From Geopsychrobacteraceae bacterium (GTDB taxonomy: Bacteria; Desulfobacterota; Desulfuromonadia; Desulfuromonadales; Geopsychrobacteraceae): 64,000 nucleotides of DNA. The position numbers and the translations under genes were made by a program. Position 1 is the stretch's first letter. Every line of letters begins with the position of its first letter. The stretch lies in contig OY759353.1 in NCBI GenBank assembly GCA_963662315.1, forward strand, positions 576,001 through 640,000, written 5' to 3'. Of this stretch, positions 21,429 through 31,663 are shown piece after piece. Under the pieces are notes generated by a model. The model was not told the origin of the DNA. It was given only the letters and a program-made list of their open reading frames with translations, and did no database searches.

Positions 21429-22435
21429 AAGTTCTTATTACCGGTGGCAATGGTTTTCTTGGGCTTGCAGTTGTAAAGAAGACTCTTGAGTTGACGGATT
21501 ATCAAATTAAATGTTTTATACGCTCCTCAAAAAACTTAAACGAACTTAACCAGCTGCAAATACAGTATTCTGATCGGCTTGAAATTCAGCGTGGATCTTT
21601 GCTGAATGATCAAAATTGTGCAGATGCTGTGTGTGATGTCGATATGATCTATCATCTTGCGGCTGCCACTGGCGGTGCCCCTGCTGAGATGTTTTTAAAT
21701 AGTTCGGTTGCGACTGATCATTTATTGAAAGCGGTTATCAGCAGTGGAAGGGATATTAAAGTTGTCTTTTGCAGTTCGTTTTCGGTCTATGGAACTGCCA
21801 ACCTGCCGAATAACAGTATTATCGATGAGAATACGTGTCTTGAGGCTGAGCCCCTTAAACGAGATGCGTATTCCTTAACGAAATTATATCAGGAAAAACT
21901 AGTCCGCGAATATTTTGAGCGTTTTCATCTCCCTGTCGCTGTCATAAGGCCAGGTGTAATATATGGTCCAGGATTGACTGGAATATCAGGGCGGGTCGGA
22001 TTGAATTTGTTTGGGTTGTTTTTACATCTGGGTGGAAAAAACCTATTGCCACTGACTTATGTTGATAACTGCGCCGATGCGTTTGTTTGTGTTTCAAAGG
22101 GGGCTGATTTTCAGTTTGATGTATATAACGCTGTAGATGATGACTTGATGACATCCAGAGAATTTCTCCGCGCATATAAGAAGACTGTTCGTAAGGTTTT
22201 CAGTCTGCCTATTAATTATCATGTGATGATATTTTTGTCCTGGCTGTGCGAGAAATACCATTCATATTCAAATGGCCAATTGCCAGATGTTTTTACTCGT
22301 TATAAGACAGCTTCGATCTGGAAAGGCCGACAATACACTAACGTAAAATTGAAGTCGATCGGTTGGACTTGCCGTGTCTCTACAAAAACGGGTTTAAAAA
22401 ACTATCTCACATATATGAAAGATAACCTGGCTTGA
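21425..22435 (+). CDS. NAD-dependent epimerase/dehydratase (extended SDR)
   Basis: TGGNGFLG, HLAA, YxxxK (YSLTK), RPGVIYGP. Confidence 0.9.
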   Translation: MKVLITGGNGFLGLAVVKKTLELTDYQIKCFIRSSKNLNELNQLQIQYSDRLEIQRGSLLNDQNCADAVCDVDMIYHLAAATGGAPAEMFLNSSVATDHLLKAVISSGRDIKVVFCSSFSVYGTANLPNNSIIDENTCLEAEPLKRDAYSLTKLYQEKLVREYFERFHLPVAVIRPGVIYGPGLTGISGRVGLNLFGLFLHLGGKNLLPLTYVDNCADAFVCVSKGADFQFDVYNAVDDDLMTSREFLRAYKKTVRKVFSLPINYHVMIFLSWLCEKYHSYSNGQLPDVFTRYKTASIWKGRQYTNVKLKSIGWTCRVSTKTGLKNYLTYMKDNLA

Positions 22436-22464
22436 TTTGCCGCTTCACTGACTGAGGGTGTCCT

Positions 22465-22974
22465 ATGATTATTGAAGATGTTCAGGCGAAGGCACAGTGG
22501 CTATATGGTAACAATAGTATTGCGTATCAATTGCGAGCCTGGCTCAGTGATGCCACCTTATGTATGGTGCTCTACCGTTCAATGTCTTTCTGTCAGCGAT
22601 ATCAATTATTGAAACCCGTTGCTTTTTTTCTACACAAATTAAATGCAATTTTATGTGGTTGTGTTATCGGCGTTAATGCTCGTTTTGGCAAACGCTTTAT
22701 TGTCTTGCATAGTGTCGGGGTAGTTATTAACTCTGCTGTCGTCGGTGGTGATGATATCGTATTGGAAAGTGGTGTTGTTATTGGCGCAGAAAAGGGTAAG
22801 AGTCCAACCCTTGGAAACAATATATTTGTAGGATCCGGAGCTAAAATTGTTGGTGGTCTTACGGTCGGAAGCAATTCAATAGTAGGGGCCAATGCCGTCG
22901 TAGTCAAAAGCGTATCTGATAACGAGGTGGTTGGTGGTGTTCCTGCAAAGTTTATAAAGGGGGTTACGATATGA
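22465..22974 (+). CDS. Serine acetyltransferase-like acetyltransferase
   Basis: LbH repeats, HSVGVVI, GANAVV, GVPAK. Confidence 0.85.
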   Translation: MIIEDVQAKAQWLYGNNSIAYQLRAWLSDATLCMVLYRSMSFCQRYQLLKPVAFFLHKLNAILCGCVIGVNARFGKRFIVLHSVGVVINSAVVGGDDIVLESGVVIGAEKGKSPTLGNNIFVGSGAKIVGGLTVGSNSIVGANAVVVKSVSDNEVVGGVPAKFIKGVTI

Positions 22975-24257
22975 AAAAAGCCCTTTTTGTCAGTTATGTA
23001 TTTCCGCCAATTGGCGGTGCAGGTGTTCAGCGTATTATTAAGTTTGTTAAATATCTGCCCTCCTTTGGGTGGACACCTGTTGTAGTGACCGTTGCAAATC
23101 CTTCGGTTCCTATACTCGATAATTCTTTTGAGAAGGACATCCCTGAAGGTATTGAAATTATAAAAACAAAGACACTAGAGCCTTCCTATCAGGTGAAAAT
23201 TGCCACCAATTCATCTCAAATTGTTAATCGCTCAGTCATTGGTGTTCTAAAGAGCTATCTTAAAAAACTGGCCCGTTTAATTCTTCTCCCCGACCCTCAG
23301 GTTTTGTGGTGGCCTTTCACTATTGTGAAACTTTATCAATATCTAAGGTGCAATAAAGTTGATGTGATTTTCTCTTCCGGACCGCCTTTTTCAACGCTTG
23401 TCATGGCGGTTTTTATAGGGAAACGGTTTCATATTCCAGTTGTGACAGATTTTAGGGATGAGTGGTCATTCTCAAGGAACAACTGGGAAAATTTACCCAA
23501 GTTCAATTTTATTAAGATGATCGATTCTAAACTTGAGAAATACGTTATTACAAACTCTGATGTCGTGACAGTTGCTTCGCCGGGTTATCAAAAAGCATTT
23601 AATCAAAAATATCCAGGGAAGGAGATATGTACAATAACAAATGGTTTTGATTGGGATGATTTTACTGAATTTCAAAAATCAGGTTGTGAGCGTGAGACTG
23701 GAGCAATTAACATTGTTTATGCCGGTACCGTCTGGAGCGCAACGTCACTGCGACCTTTTGTCGCTGGATTAGAAAGGGCCTTGGCGGGGAATCCGCATTT
23801 GCAGACAGCGGTGAAATTTACAGTTATTGGCCGGATTGTTCCTGAAGAAGAAGAGTATCTTATTAATTTTCCGTATCAGGATGTTGTTCAATTGGTAGGG
23901 TATATTGACCATACGGAGGTTATTGATTGGCTGAAACGCGCAGATATTCTCATCCTGTCATTGTCGGCAAGTGTTGGGGCGGATAAGATTATTCCAGGTA
24001 AAATATTTGAATATATGGTGTCAAGGGCCGCAGTTCTAGCCATAGTTCCTGATGGTGAATGTGCATCGATTGCAAATAGTATAACCGGTTTTTATGTCGT
24101 GGATCCTAATGATATTGTCGCAATTACGGAGCAGATAATCTCTTTGTGTGATGCTGCTTTTGAAGTCGGGTTGACCGAAAAATCTGGAATTGAAAACTTT
24201 GACAGAAGAGTCCTGACCAGCAAGCTTGCTAATACTTTTAACGGGTTGAAATCCTAA
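22971..24257 (+). CDS. Glycosyltransferase family 4
   Basis: FPPIGGAGVQR, SGPPFS, DFRDEW, TNGFD, PGKIFEY. Confidence 0.88.
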   Translation: MKKALFVSYVFPPIGGAGVQRIIKFVKYLPSFGWTPVVVTVANPSVPILDNSFEKDIPEGIEIIKTKTLEPSYQVKIATNSSQIVNRSVIGVLKSYLKKLARLILLPDPQVLWWPFTIVKLYQYLRCNKVDVIFSSGPPFSTLVMAVFIGKRFHIPVVTDFRDEWSFSRNNWENLPKFNFIKMIDSKLEKYVITNSDVVTVASPGYQKAFNQKYPGKEICTITNGFDWDDFTEFQKSGCERETGAINIVYAGTVWSATSLRPFVAGLERALAGNPHLQTAVKFTVIGRIVPEEEEYLINFPYQDVVQLVGYIDHTEVIDWLKRADILILSLSASVGADKIIPGKIFEYMVSRAAVLAIVPDGECASIANSITGFYVVDPNDIVAITEQIISLCDAAFEVGLTEKSGIENFDRRVLTSKLANTFNGLKS

Positions 24258-24339
24258 TGTTAGAAGTATTGATAGTTATTAATGTTGGTTGTAAGCTTGA
24301 AAATAGATAAAAGCGTCAATATGAGAACGGAGTAATTAA

Positions 24340-26742
24340 ATGAAAAGTATCAGCATTGCGAAAGTAGTCCTCTTTTGTCTGTGTGTCTTTTGTCCTCTTT
24401 CTGTTTCCGCATATGGTCCCCCAGACTATCTTCCTGATGGGGCCCATCCACGGATTTGGTTGACTTCAACCATGCTATCTGAGCTTGATGCTATTCAGGA
24501 AAGTAACGGGGCTTTGTGGTCCGAACTGGAAAAATGGTGTGATACTCATCTTGGAGATAAAGGCTATGATTTAGGGCTTGCTCAGCAGCCAAAATGGGAT
24601 AGAAGCATAACCTCAGGTTCGGATTATATTGGTGGATATCGTATGTCAGGGTATCGTCAATATATTCTGTCGTTTGCTCTTGCGGCTAAACTGCTTGAAG
24701 ACGATAACCCGGCAAAGGCTCAATCCTATTTTGATTATGTAAGGGCAATTATCATCAATGGCATTGCAGGTTCTATGAGTGCTGGGGACGAGGCCAACAA
24801 TGGCCTTCAGGCAATTAGAAATGGGGAAAGCAGTTACGACAGCACCACCAATAATAGTGAGGCTGCTGCACTTGGCCTTTCAAGTACATATAGCTATAAA
24901 CTGGGATATCCTGCTCGTAACGTATACCCTGTAGCATTGGCATATGATTGGCTTTACGATTATTGGTCGGATTCTGATAGGAAAATTATCCGCAATATGC
25001 TTTTCCGCTGGTATGACTGGATGAGGGGAGTCAGATCAGAATTTAATAATGGTGTACTTGTTGGGACAACTCGTTATTACGAGGATACCGATGGTGATTG
25101 TACGGGCAATAATGTTTGTACCTCAGCATCTGGGGATGCACAAAAAGCGTATGCGTACGAAAGTGAAGGAAATAATTTTTTCGGTGGCGAGCTTGCTTTC
25201 CAAATTATGGCTGTAATGGCTACATATGGAGATGACGCCTATGCTGCCACACTATTGTCAGATTTAGTTTCAGACCCATTAAAAAGGGCTGCTGATGCCT
25301 ATACTAGCGATCTTCGCCTTTCAGGTGGTGATTCTTCTGAAGGCGCGAGTTACTATGGTGGCTATGAGTTTTCTGCTCGGGGGGTGCTTGCATACGCTAC
25401 CGCCACAGGTAATGATTTATCGGATTTTGGCAATTGGCCTCTTGAACTGTTAAGCAATAATATACAGCGCCTTTATCCTGATTTGACTCAAATACCTATA
25501 TGGGGAGATACGAACTCAAATAGTTTAGGTTTCAATCTAGGTTACATTCTTGGACCTTTTTATGGCATTAATGCGCAGCTGAATCCCTCTAACGCATATA
25601 CCGGTGTAGCAAAATACTTGCTTGAAAATGGCTATACTCAGCGCGCAATGAATGCTGAGGAAAACCTGCTCTGGCTGTATAAACAACCAACATCAAAAGT
25701 ACAGAGTCCAGACGCTGCAGGCCTTGCTACATTCTATCATGCTGCAGGAACTGGTTTGATTACAATGCGTTCAGGATGGTCAAATCAAAATACCGATGTG
25801 TTTGGTGCGATCAGGATCGAGGCAAAACGTGAAGCGGCGCACGAAAACTATGATGATGGCGGGTTCTATATTGCGCGTGGTGATGATCCTTTAATTGGGC
25901 GAATAACCTACGACGACCGTAGCAAAATGACATCTACAATTGTTTTTGCCGATCAGGAATATAACTCACCAGATCCAGATAGTATAAAGGATACTGCAAT
26001 TGATAGAGCTATAAATGCAGCCGATTATGCATATGCGAGTGGTCACATAACAACACCAACAAGTGGTTCGCTTTATCAATATACAAATAAGGCTGAACTG
26101 TTTAAACGTTCTATGCTTTATGTCCGACCAAACATTTTTATTATCTACGATGTGACAAAAAGCCATGAATCCCGTCCTGATACAAAAGCGTGGTACGTAC
26201 AATTTTATGGTGAGCCAACAATAACAGGTACAACCAGTTCATACACCTCTGGTGATTCATCCGTTTATGTGAATGCGCTTTATCCTTCGGGCATATTATC
26301 AAAAGAGGAGCAGGTCTCCTCCTATACCCCTAAAAGTTGGTGGAATACGCATCTCTCTGTTGAGGGAAATCAGTACGATCAATTTTTACACGTCATTCAG
26401 GTCACGGAATCGGGAGTTAAACAAACGACCCAATCCTTAATTGCAGGGGAGAAGACGCGAGGGGCGTTGATAGGATCTATTGTTGCGATGTTTTCTTCGG
26501 ATGAAGAAGGTGCAGATATAACTGGTGGCGCCAGTTATACCGCCGACGCAACAATCCATTACCTTTGTGATTTGCCGCCGTATGCTAAGGTCATTGTTAG
26601 TCGCAATGGCGTTGAGTTGGGGGTTTTTAGCTCTGGTAAAGTTGGCGTTATCAGCTTTTCAAGTGATCCGGGTACCGCTTTATATACGATTGAAGTTTCT
26701 GGTGGAGGAAACGTCATCCCACCTGTTCTTAGAATTAATTAG
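24340..26742 (+). CDS. Secreted 800 aa protein, heparinase II/III / alginate-lyase-like
   Basis: Signal peptide; HPRIWL, ALAYDWLYD, EGASY, GLITMRSGW and H-x-x-x-D-x-G-x-F motifs typical of alpha-toroid plus beta-sandwich lyases. Confidence 0.6.
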   Translation: MKSISIAKVVLFCLCVFCPLSVSAYGPPDYLPDGAHPRIWLTSTMLSELDAIQESNGALWSELEKWCDTHLGDKGYDLGLAQQPKWDRSITSGSDYIGGYRMSGYRQYILSFALAAKLLEDDNPAKAQSYFDYVRAIIINGIAGSMSAGDEANNGLQAIRNGESSYDSTTNNSEAAALGLSSTYSYKLGYPARNVYPVALAYDWLYDYWSDSDRKIIRNMLFRWYDWMRGVRSEFNNGVLVGTTRYYEDTDGDCTGNNVCTSASGDAQKAYAYESEGNNFFGGELAFQIMAVMATYGDDAYAATLLSDLVSDPLKRAADAYTSDLRLSGGDSSEGASYYGGYEFSARGVLAYATATGNDLSDFGNWPLELLSNNIQRLYPDLTQIPIWGDTNSNSLGFNLGYILGPFYGINAQLNPSNAYTGVAKYLLENGYTQRAMNAEENLLWLYKQPTSKVQSPDAAGLATFYHAAGTGLITMRSGWSNQNTDVFGAIRIEAKREAAHENYDDGGFYIARGDDPLIGRITYDDRSKMTSTIVFADQEYNSPDPDSIKDTAIDRAINAADYAYASGHITTPTSGSLYQYTNKAELFKRSMLYVRPNIFIIYDVTKSHESRPDTKAWYVQFYGEPTITGTTSSYTSGDSSVYVNALYPSGILSKEEQVSSYTPKSWWNTHLSVEGNQYDQFLHVIQVTESGVKQTTQSLIAGEKTRGALIGSIVAMFSSDEEGADITGGASYTADATIHYLCDLPPYAKVIVSRNGVELGVFSSGKVGVISFSSDPGTALYTIEVSGGGNVIPPVLRIN

Positions 26743-26756
26743 ATCTCTTTTAAGAG

Positions 26757-26787
26757 GAGGCCTTTTGTCATAAAAGGCCTCTTTTTT
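26757..26787 (+). terminator. Intrinsic terminator
   Basis: GAGGCCTTTT-gtcat-AAAAGGCCTC followed by T6. Confidence 0.75.
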
Positions 26788-26800
26788 GTATGGCGATAAA

Positions 26801-27784
26801 ATGAAATATTTTATTAAAAAACATATTTTTAAGTACTCAGGATATTTAGATTATAAATTGAAAAGATTATCGCCAGGGCTCTATGTGTTCAATTATCATC
26901 GAGTAGGTGAAATTGATCACAATGATTTTGATGATAATGTTTTTTCCTGTGATGCTGCTATGTTTAGGCGGCAGGTTGGTTTTATTAAAGAGAACTTTGA
27001 GCTTATTAATATTCCTACCCTTGTTAATTTGCTTAATAGTAATGCTGTGCTGGAGAGGCCCTTAGGGTTAATTACTTTTGATGATGGGTATATAGACAAT
27101 TATGAAGTTGCTTTTCCTATATTAAAGGAATGGTCGGCTTCTGCAGTTTTTTTCCTTCCAACATCTTATATTAATAGTAATATTATCCCGTGGTGGGATG
27201 AGATTGCATGGATGGTCAAGAATACAAATAAGAAGCAAGTTTCTTTTCTTGATGGGAGTCCAGATATTTCTATCGATAGAGGGAATATATCTCAAACGAT
27301 CAGAGATGTCTTACGCCATGTTAAAAGTAATACTAATACGACTATTTTTGAAAAAATCAATAGTTTGCGCAATTCTCTTGATTGTATATTGCCAGAGCAG
27401 AAAGCCCAATCCTTGTTTATGTCGTGGGATCAAGTTTTAGAGATGAAAAATTCTGGAATGGATATTGGTTCACATACTCACAGCCACTGTCTTCTTTCTC
27501 ATTTAACCTGTGAGGAGCAATTGGATGAACTTGTTCATTCGAAGAAAATTCTTGAATCTCAATTATCTGATGCTGTAGCTAGTATCGCTTATCCTGTAGG
27601 GAAGAGTCATACTTATACCAATGATACAATTAAAATGTGTCAACAAGCAGGATATGATGTGGCTTTTAATTTTATTCATGGATTCAATTTATCTGTCAGT
27701 AATAAGCCTTACGATTTAAATCGATTGGCAATGGATGGAAATCAAGACGAGGATGATATTAAGCTTGTTCTGGCGTCGCTTTAA
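26801..27784 (+). CDS. Polysaccharide deacetylase (CE4/NodB, IcaB-like)
   Basis: YHRV, ITFDDGY, GSHTHSH and AYPVG motifs. Confidence 0.9.
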   Translation: MKYFIKKHIFKYSGYLDYKLKRLSPGLYVFNYHRVGEIDHNDFDDNVFSCDAAMFRRQVGFIKENFELINIPTLVNLLNSNAVLERPLGLITFDDGYIDNYEVAFPILKEWSASAVFFLPTSYINSNIIPWWDEIAWMVKNTNKKQVSFLDGSPDISIDRGNISQTIRDVLRHVKSNTNTTIFEKINSLRNSLDCILPEQKAQSLFMSWDQVLEMKNSGMDIGSHTHSHCLLSHLTCEEQLDELVHSKKILESQLSDAVASIAYPVGKSHTYTNDTIKMCQQAGYDVAFNFIHGFNLSVSNKPYDLNRLAMDGNQDEDDIKLVLASL

Positions 27785-27803
27785 GAAATTGTAAGGTTAT
27801 TAT

Positions 27804-28940
27804 ATGTTATCTGGATTTTCCTCTTTTAATAACAGACTAGTGATTTTAGGAAGTAGTGTAACTGCGTTGGCTGTAGTCCGCGACGCTTATCGCCTTAAGA
27901 TGTCTCCATTAGTTTTTGACACCGTGTCTGGTATTGCTAGTTCCTCACGTTTGGCTACATCACTAATTGTTTCTGCACCGACAGAGGTCTTCCCACTTCT
28001 AAAGAAGCATGCAGAGGTTCATAAATTATGGCTACTGGCAACAAGTGACTTTTGGATAAAGTTCATAGTTGATAATAGGGGACAACTTGATGAGCTATGC
28101 GAGAAGATACTTCATGCATCTGATGAAATATTAGAGATTTGTCTGGGAAAACAAAAATTTTCATCGTTTTGTCTGCAGAACAATATACCCGTTCCTCAAT
28201 TATACACTCGGTTAGATATTGAGAATGGGACACCAGAAACCTTCTCCTATCCCTTGTTGATCCGGCCTGCTGAAACCCATAGTAGTAAAAAATTAGTGCC
28301 TAAAGCTATTGAGGCTTATGACTATAAGCAATTGTTAAATACAATAGCGCAATATGATGCTGTTGGGGTTGAACCAATTATCACTCAATCATTATTGGGC
28401 AAAAATTTAATTCAAATTTCTGTTGGGGTCTCGCGAAATAAGCGAGATTCCAATGTATACGCAGCACAAAAAATTCGACCACTTCCTGAGGCTTGTAGTG
28501 TTGGTAGTTTTGTTGAGGTCATTGATGATGCCGAAGCTTTGCAGGTTGCCACTCGTTTTTTTGATGTCATTGATTACTATGGGATTGGCGAGCTTGAAAT
28601 ATTGAAAGATTTAGACACTAACCAATATTATGTGATTGAAATGAATGCCAGGCCCTGGGTCCAATATTCATTAGGTCCATATATTGGTTGCCCATTGCTT
28701 GGACTATTTGTTAATGGGGAAAAGCAAACAACGCTATCCAGCAAGACGGCTGCATGGATAGATTTTCTGTCAGATGCCTATTGTTGTTTTTCCAGAACAA
28801 TTGGGTGTGTTCGCTTGGGGAAAATTAGTATTTTCCAGTGGGCTAAAAGTTTGTTTCATGTGAAGAGGTGTGCATATCTCTGTCTGCTGGACCCATATCC
28901 CGGTATCCTAAACTTTTTAAAGTTTTTTTATAGAAAATAA
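27804..28940 (+). CDS. ATP-grasp carboxylate-amine ligase (D-aspartate ligase-like)
   Basis: K..F..FC...IPVP, YPLLIRP, IEMNARPW motifs. Confidence 0.7.
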   Translation: MLSGFSSFNNRLVILGSSVTALAVVRDAYRLKMSPLVFDTVSGIASSSRLATSLIVSAPTEVFPLLKKHAEVHKLWLLATSDFWIKFIVDNRGQLDELCEKILHASDEILEICLGKQKFSSFCLQNNIPVPQLYTRLDIENGTPETFSYPLLIRPAETHSSKKLVPKAIEAYDYKQLLNTIAQYDAVGVEPIITQSLLGKNLIQISVGVSRNKRDSNVYAAQKIRPLPEACSVGSFVEVIDDAEALQVATRFFDVIDYYGIGELEILKDLDTNQYYVIEMNARPWVQYSLGPYIGCPLLGLFVNGEKQTTLSSKTAAWIDFLSDAYCCFSRTIGCVRLGKISIFQWAKSLFHVKRCAYLCLLDPYPGILNFLKFFYRK

Positions 28941-29047
28941 TATCTGTAATAAGGTGTCGTTGGGTTTGATGTGTCAGTGATTCAGGATGCTTCTGTGAGG
29001 CCCCCTATGTCTTAACATAGATGTCGCCTCAACTGATGAGGTGACAT

Positions 29048-29533
29048 ATGAGATACACACGAGCAGTCAAGGTCGGCATTCTGAAGAAAGTTCTGCCACC
29101 TGAGAACCGAAGGATACCGGAAGTCAGTCGAGAAACCGGTGTCAACGATCAAACGATCAGAAATTGGATTAAGCAGTATAAATCTGGTAATTTTGACGAT
29201 GTGAACTCAGAAAGTTGCCCTCGTTTTATGACAGCCAAAGAGAAGTATCAAATTCTACTTGAGGCTTCTGGTTTGGTTGAAGACGAGCGTGGTCGTTTTC
29301 TGCGTGAGCGAGGAATCCACTCGGAACATCTCGTCATCTGGGACCAGGAGCTGCGTGAAATTATGGCCAATAAACCCGATCCAAAGGATCAAGAGCTCCG
29401 TGAGCTCAAGAAGAAAAATAAGGAACTGGAGAAAGAGCTGCAACGTAAGGAAAAAGCCCTCGCCGAAGCGGCCGCTCTGCTTATTCTCAAAAAAAAACTG
29501 GACACCCTTACGAGGGATCACGAGGGCGACTGA
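29048..29533 (+). CDS. IS3-family transposase OrfA (HTH + coiled coil)
   Basis: N-terminal HTH and C-terminal KEKALAEAAALLILKKK. The A9C run at 29489-29498 gives a -1 shift into the open orfB frame. Confidence 0.88.
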   Translation: MRYTRAVKVGILKKVLPPENRRIPEVSRETGVNDQTIRNWIKQYKSGNFDDVNSESCPRFMTAKEKYQILLEASGLVEDERGRFLRERGIHSEHLVIWDQELREIMANKPDPKDQELRELKKKNKELEKELQRKEKALAEAAALLILKKKLDTLTRDHEGD

Positions 29534-30331
29534 TTCTTGAAGATCATAAGCGAGAAGTCATTGTCCTGATCGATGAAGCGTGTCGCAACGGAGCTCGCTA
29601 CAGTAAGGCCTGTTGGGTTGTCGGTATTTCGATTCGTACGCTGCAGCGCTGGAAATACCGTGGCACCAAAGACAAGAGAAAAGGTTCCGTTAAGAGAGTC
29701 GCCAGAAAACTTCCGCTGGCTCACCGAAATGACATTGTAGAGCACTGCAACTCAGCACGTTTCCAGGATCTGAACCCGCATGAAATTGTTCCATTGCTTC
29801 TCAATGAAGGGACTTACCTGGCATCGGTCAGCACGTTCTACCGGGTTTTGAAGGCCGAGGACCTGATCCATCATCGGAGTAACACCAAGCCCAAAAGCGG
29901 ATGCCGCAAGCCTCCAGAACAGGTGGCAACGGGTCCGAATCAGGTGTATTGCTGGGATATCACATGGCTGCCGAGAACAGTCAAAGGACTTTTCTTTTAT
30001 GCCTATGTGATCATAGATATTTTCGACAGAATGATCGTTAGCTGGGCTGTCCATGAAGAAGAAAGCGAGCATCACAGCAGGGATCTTTTTGAGCGAACAT
30101 TACAAGGCAAGAAAGCCGTCTTGCGGGCTCTCCATTCCGACAATGGTCATCCAATGAAGGGCATTAGCCTGATGGCGCTTTTGACAGAACTGAATGTCGA
30201 GATATCGCGTAGTCGACCACGCGTGAGCAATGATAACCCGTTTATTGAATCACTCTTTAAGACACTGAAATATCGGGTGAGCTATCCACTGCGTTTTCGT
30301 GATCTAGATCACGCAAGAGAATGGTTGTCAG
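29491..30331 (+). pseudogene. IS3-family OrfB (DDE integrase core), 5' part, interrupted
   Basis: The -1 frame is open from the slippery site (KKTGHPY...); PNQVYCWDIT, LHSDNG, SNDNPFIESLFKTLKY; ends at the IS256 IR. Confidence 0.85.
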
Positions 30332-30378
30332 GGTAGTGTAAAGAATCTTTCGCTTTTTTCGGCAGCGCCCGATTTTAG

Positions 30379-30815
30379 TTAGCCTGCATCCGCCTCCATC
30401 ATTTGCTCAAAATCCTGTTCCCTGAGTAAGTCCATGTTCAGATATTTCTTCTGCCCCCATTTTGTTCCAGCAATATGTCGTAATCTTGCGGCACACAGCA
30501 TTAATGCCGAATGACCATCGGGGAATGCGCCGACAACCTTAGTTCGGCGCCTGATTTCCTTCATAATACGCTCAAGAGCATTGTTGGTGCGAATCCGACT
30601 ATGATGACTCCTTGGAAATTTATAGTAAGTCAGAGTTTCATCTATCGACTCCCGAACTTTCTGAGCGGCCTCTTTCAAACGTAAGGCTTCAAGCTTTTCA
30701 ATGATCTGCTCAGCTTTTTCCTTGGCTGCAGCTTTGTCTTCAGATGCATGGATCGCTTTCAGCATGGCCGCGACGTCTTTAACCCGTCTTCTTGGAACAG
30801 TATTGAACACATTCC
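30379..30815 (-). pseudogene. IS256 transposase, C-terminal part
   Basis: RIRTNNALERIMKEIRRRTKVVGAFPDG. Rejoins the N-part in frame (…VHFYRNV|FNTVP…) when IS66 and one TSD are removed. Confidence 0.9.
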
Positions 30816-30875
30816 GTAAGCGTTCCGCCATGCCTCACTTGTTGAAAATATCGTAACTGTCGTAGGCTTCGCCCT

Positions 30876-31247
30876 ATGACACCTACAAAAGACCTGACAA
30901 TCCTCAAAACAGACACCCTCGGTCGTCGTGAGCCTACCAGCCCGGAACAACGTGATGCGTGGTTGGATGCATTTGAACGAACCAGCATGAGTGGAGCCGC
31001 TTTTGCACGGCTCCATGGTATTCGTTATACAACCTTCGCCCATTGGCGGAAGGTACGCAGACAGCAACGACAAGCGGTTGACACAAAGCCCACTGACTTT
31101 TTCGAAGAGGTTGAAATTCGTCGCCCCCATCCTGAAGCCAGCGGGTTAAACATCTCTCTGCCAGGCGGTGCCAGCGTCACGGTGACCCGACCGGAGCAGT
31201 TCCCACTGGTCGCAGCCCTGCTGAAATACCTGGATTGTGCATGTTAA
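30876..31247 (+). CDS. tnpA: IS66 accessory protein TnpA
   Basis: HTH (SGAAFARLHGIRYTTFAHW); first ORF of the IS66. Confidence 0.85.
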   Translation: MTPTKDLTILKTDTLGRREPTSPEQRDAWLDAFERTSMSGAAFARLHGIRYTTFAHWRKVRRQQRQAVDTKPTDFFEEVEIRRPHPEASGLNISLPGGASVTVTRPEQFPLVAALLKYLDCAC

Positions 31248-31594
31248 GCTTTGCCGGTGCTCTCAAAGTCTTTGTGGCCCTGGAACCGCAAGACATGCGT
31301 AAAAGTTTCAACGGCCTGGCCGCTGTTGTTCAAGAACATCTCGGCAGCGATCCTTACCAGGGGGCTCTTTATCTCTTTACCAATAAACGGCATGATCGTC
31401 TCAAGCTCCTGTTCTGGGACGGTACCGGATTATGGGTTGCGGCCAAACGTCTTGAACAAGGACGGTTCAGTTGGCCAAGGCCATCAAAATCCGGTCAAAA
31501 ACGTCTATCACTTACCCCGGAAGCATTGGCCCTGCTGACCGATGGCATCGACCTCAAGGGAGCCAGAATGCGTCCCTGGTACGAGCGTGAGTAG
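31241..31594 (+). CDS. tnpB: IS66 accessory protein TnpB
   Basis: DMRKSFNGL, LFWDGTG, KRLEQGRF. Confidence 0.92.
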   Translation: MLSFAGALKVFVALEPQDMRKSFNGLAAVVQEHLGSDPYQGALYLFTNKRHDRLKLLFWDGTGLWVAAKRLEQGRFSWPRPSKSGQKRLSLTPEALALLTDGIDLKGARMRPWYERE

Positions 31595-31663
31595 TCTCTA
31601 TAAAGATGCTAAAAACTCGTCTTTTTTCTTCCGTAAACACCTGAAATCCTGTATCTTTAGGGC

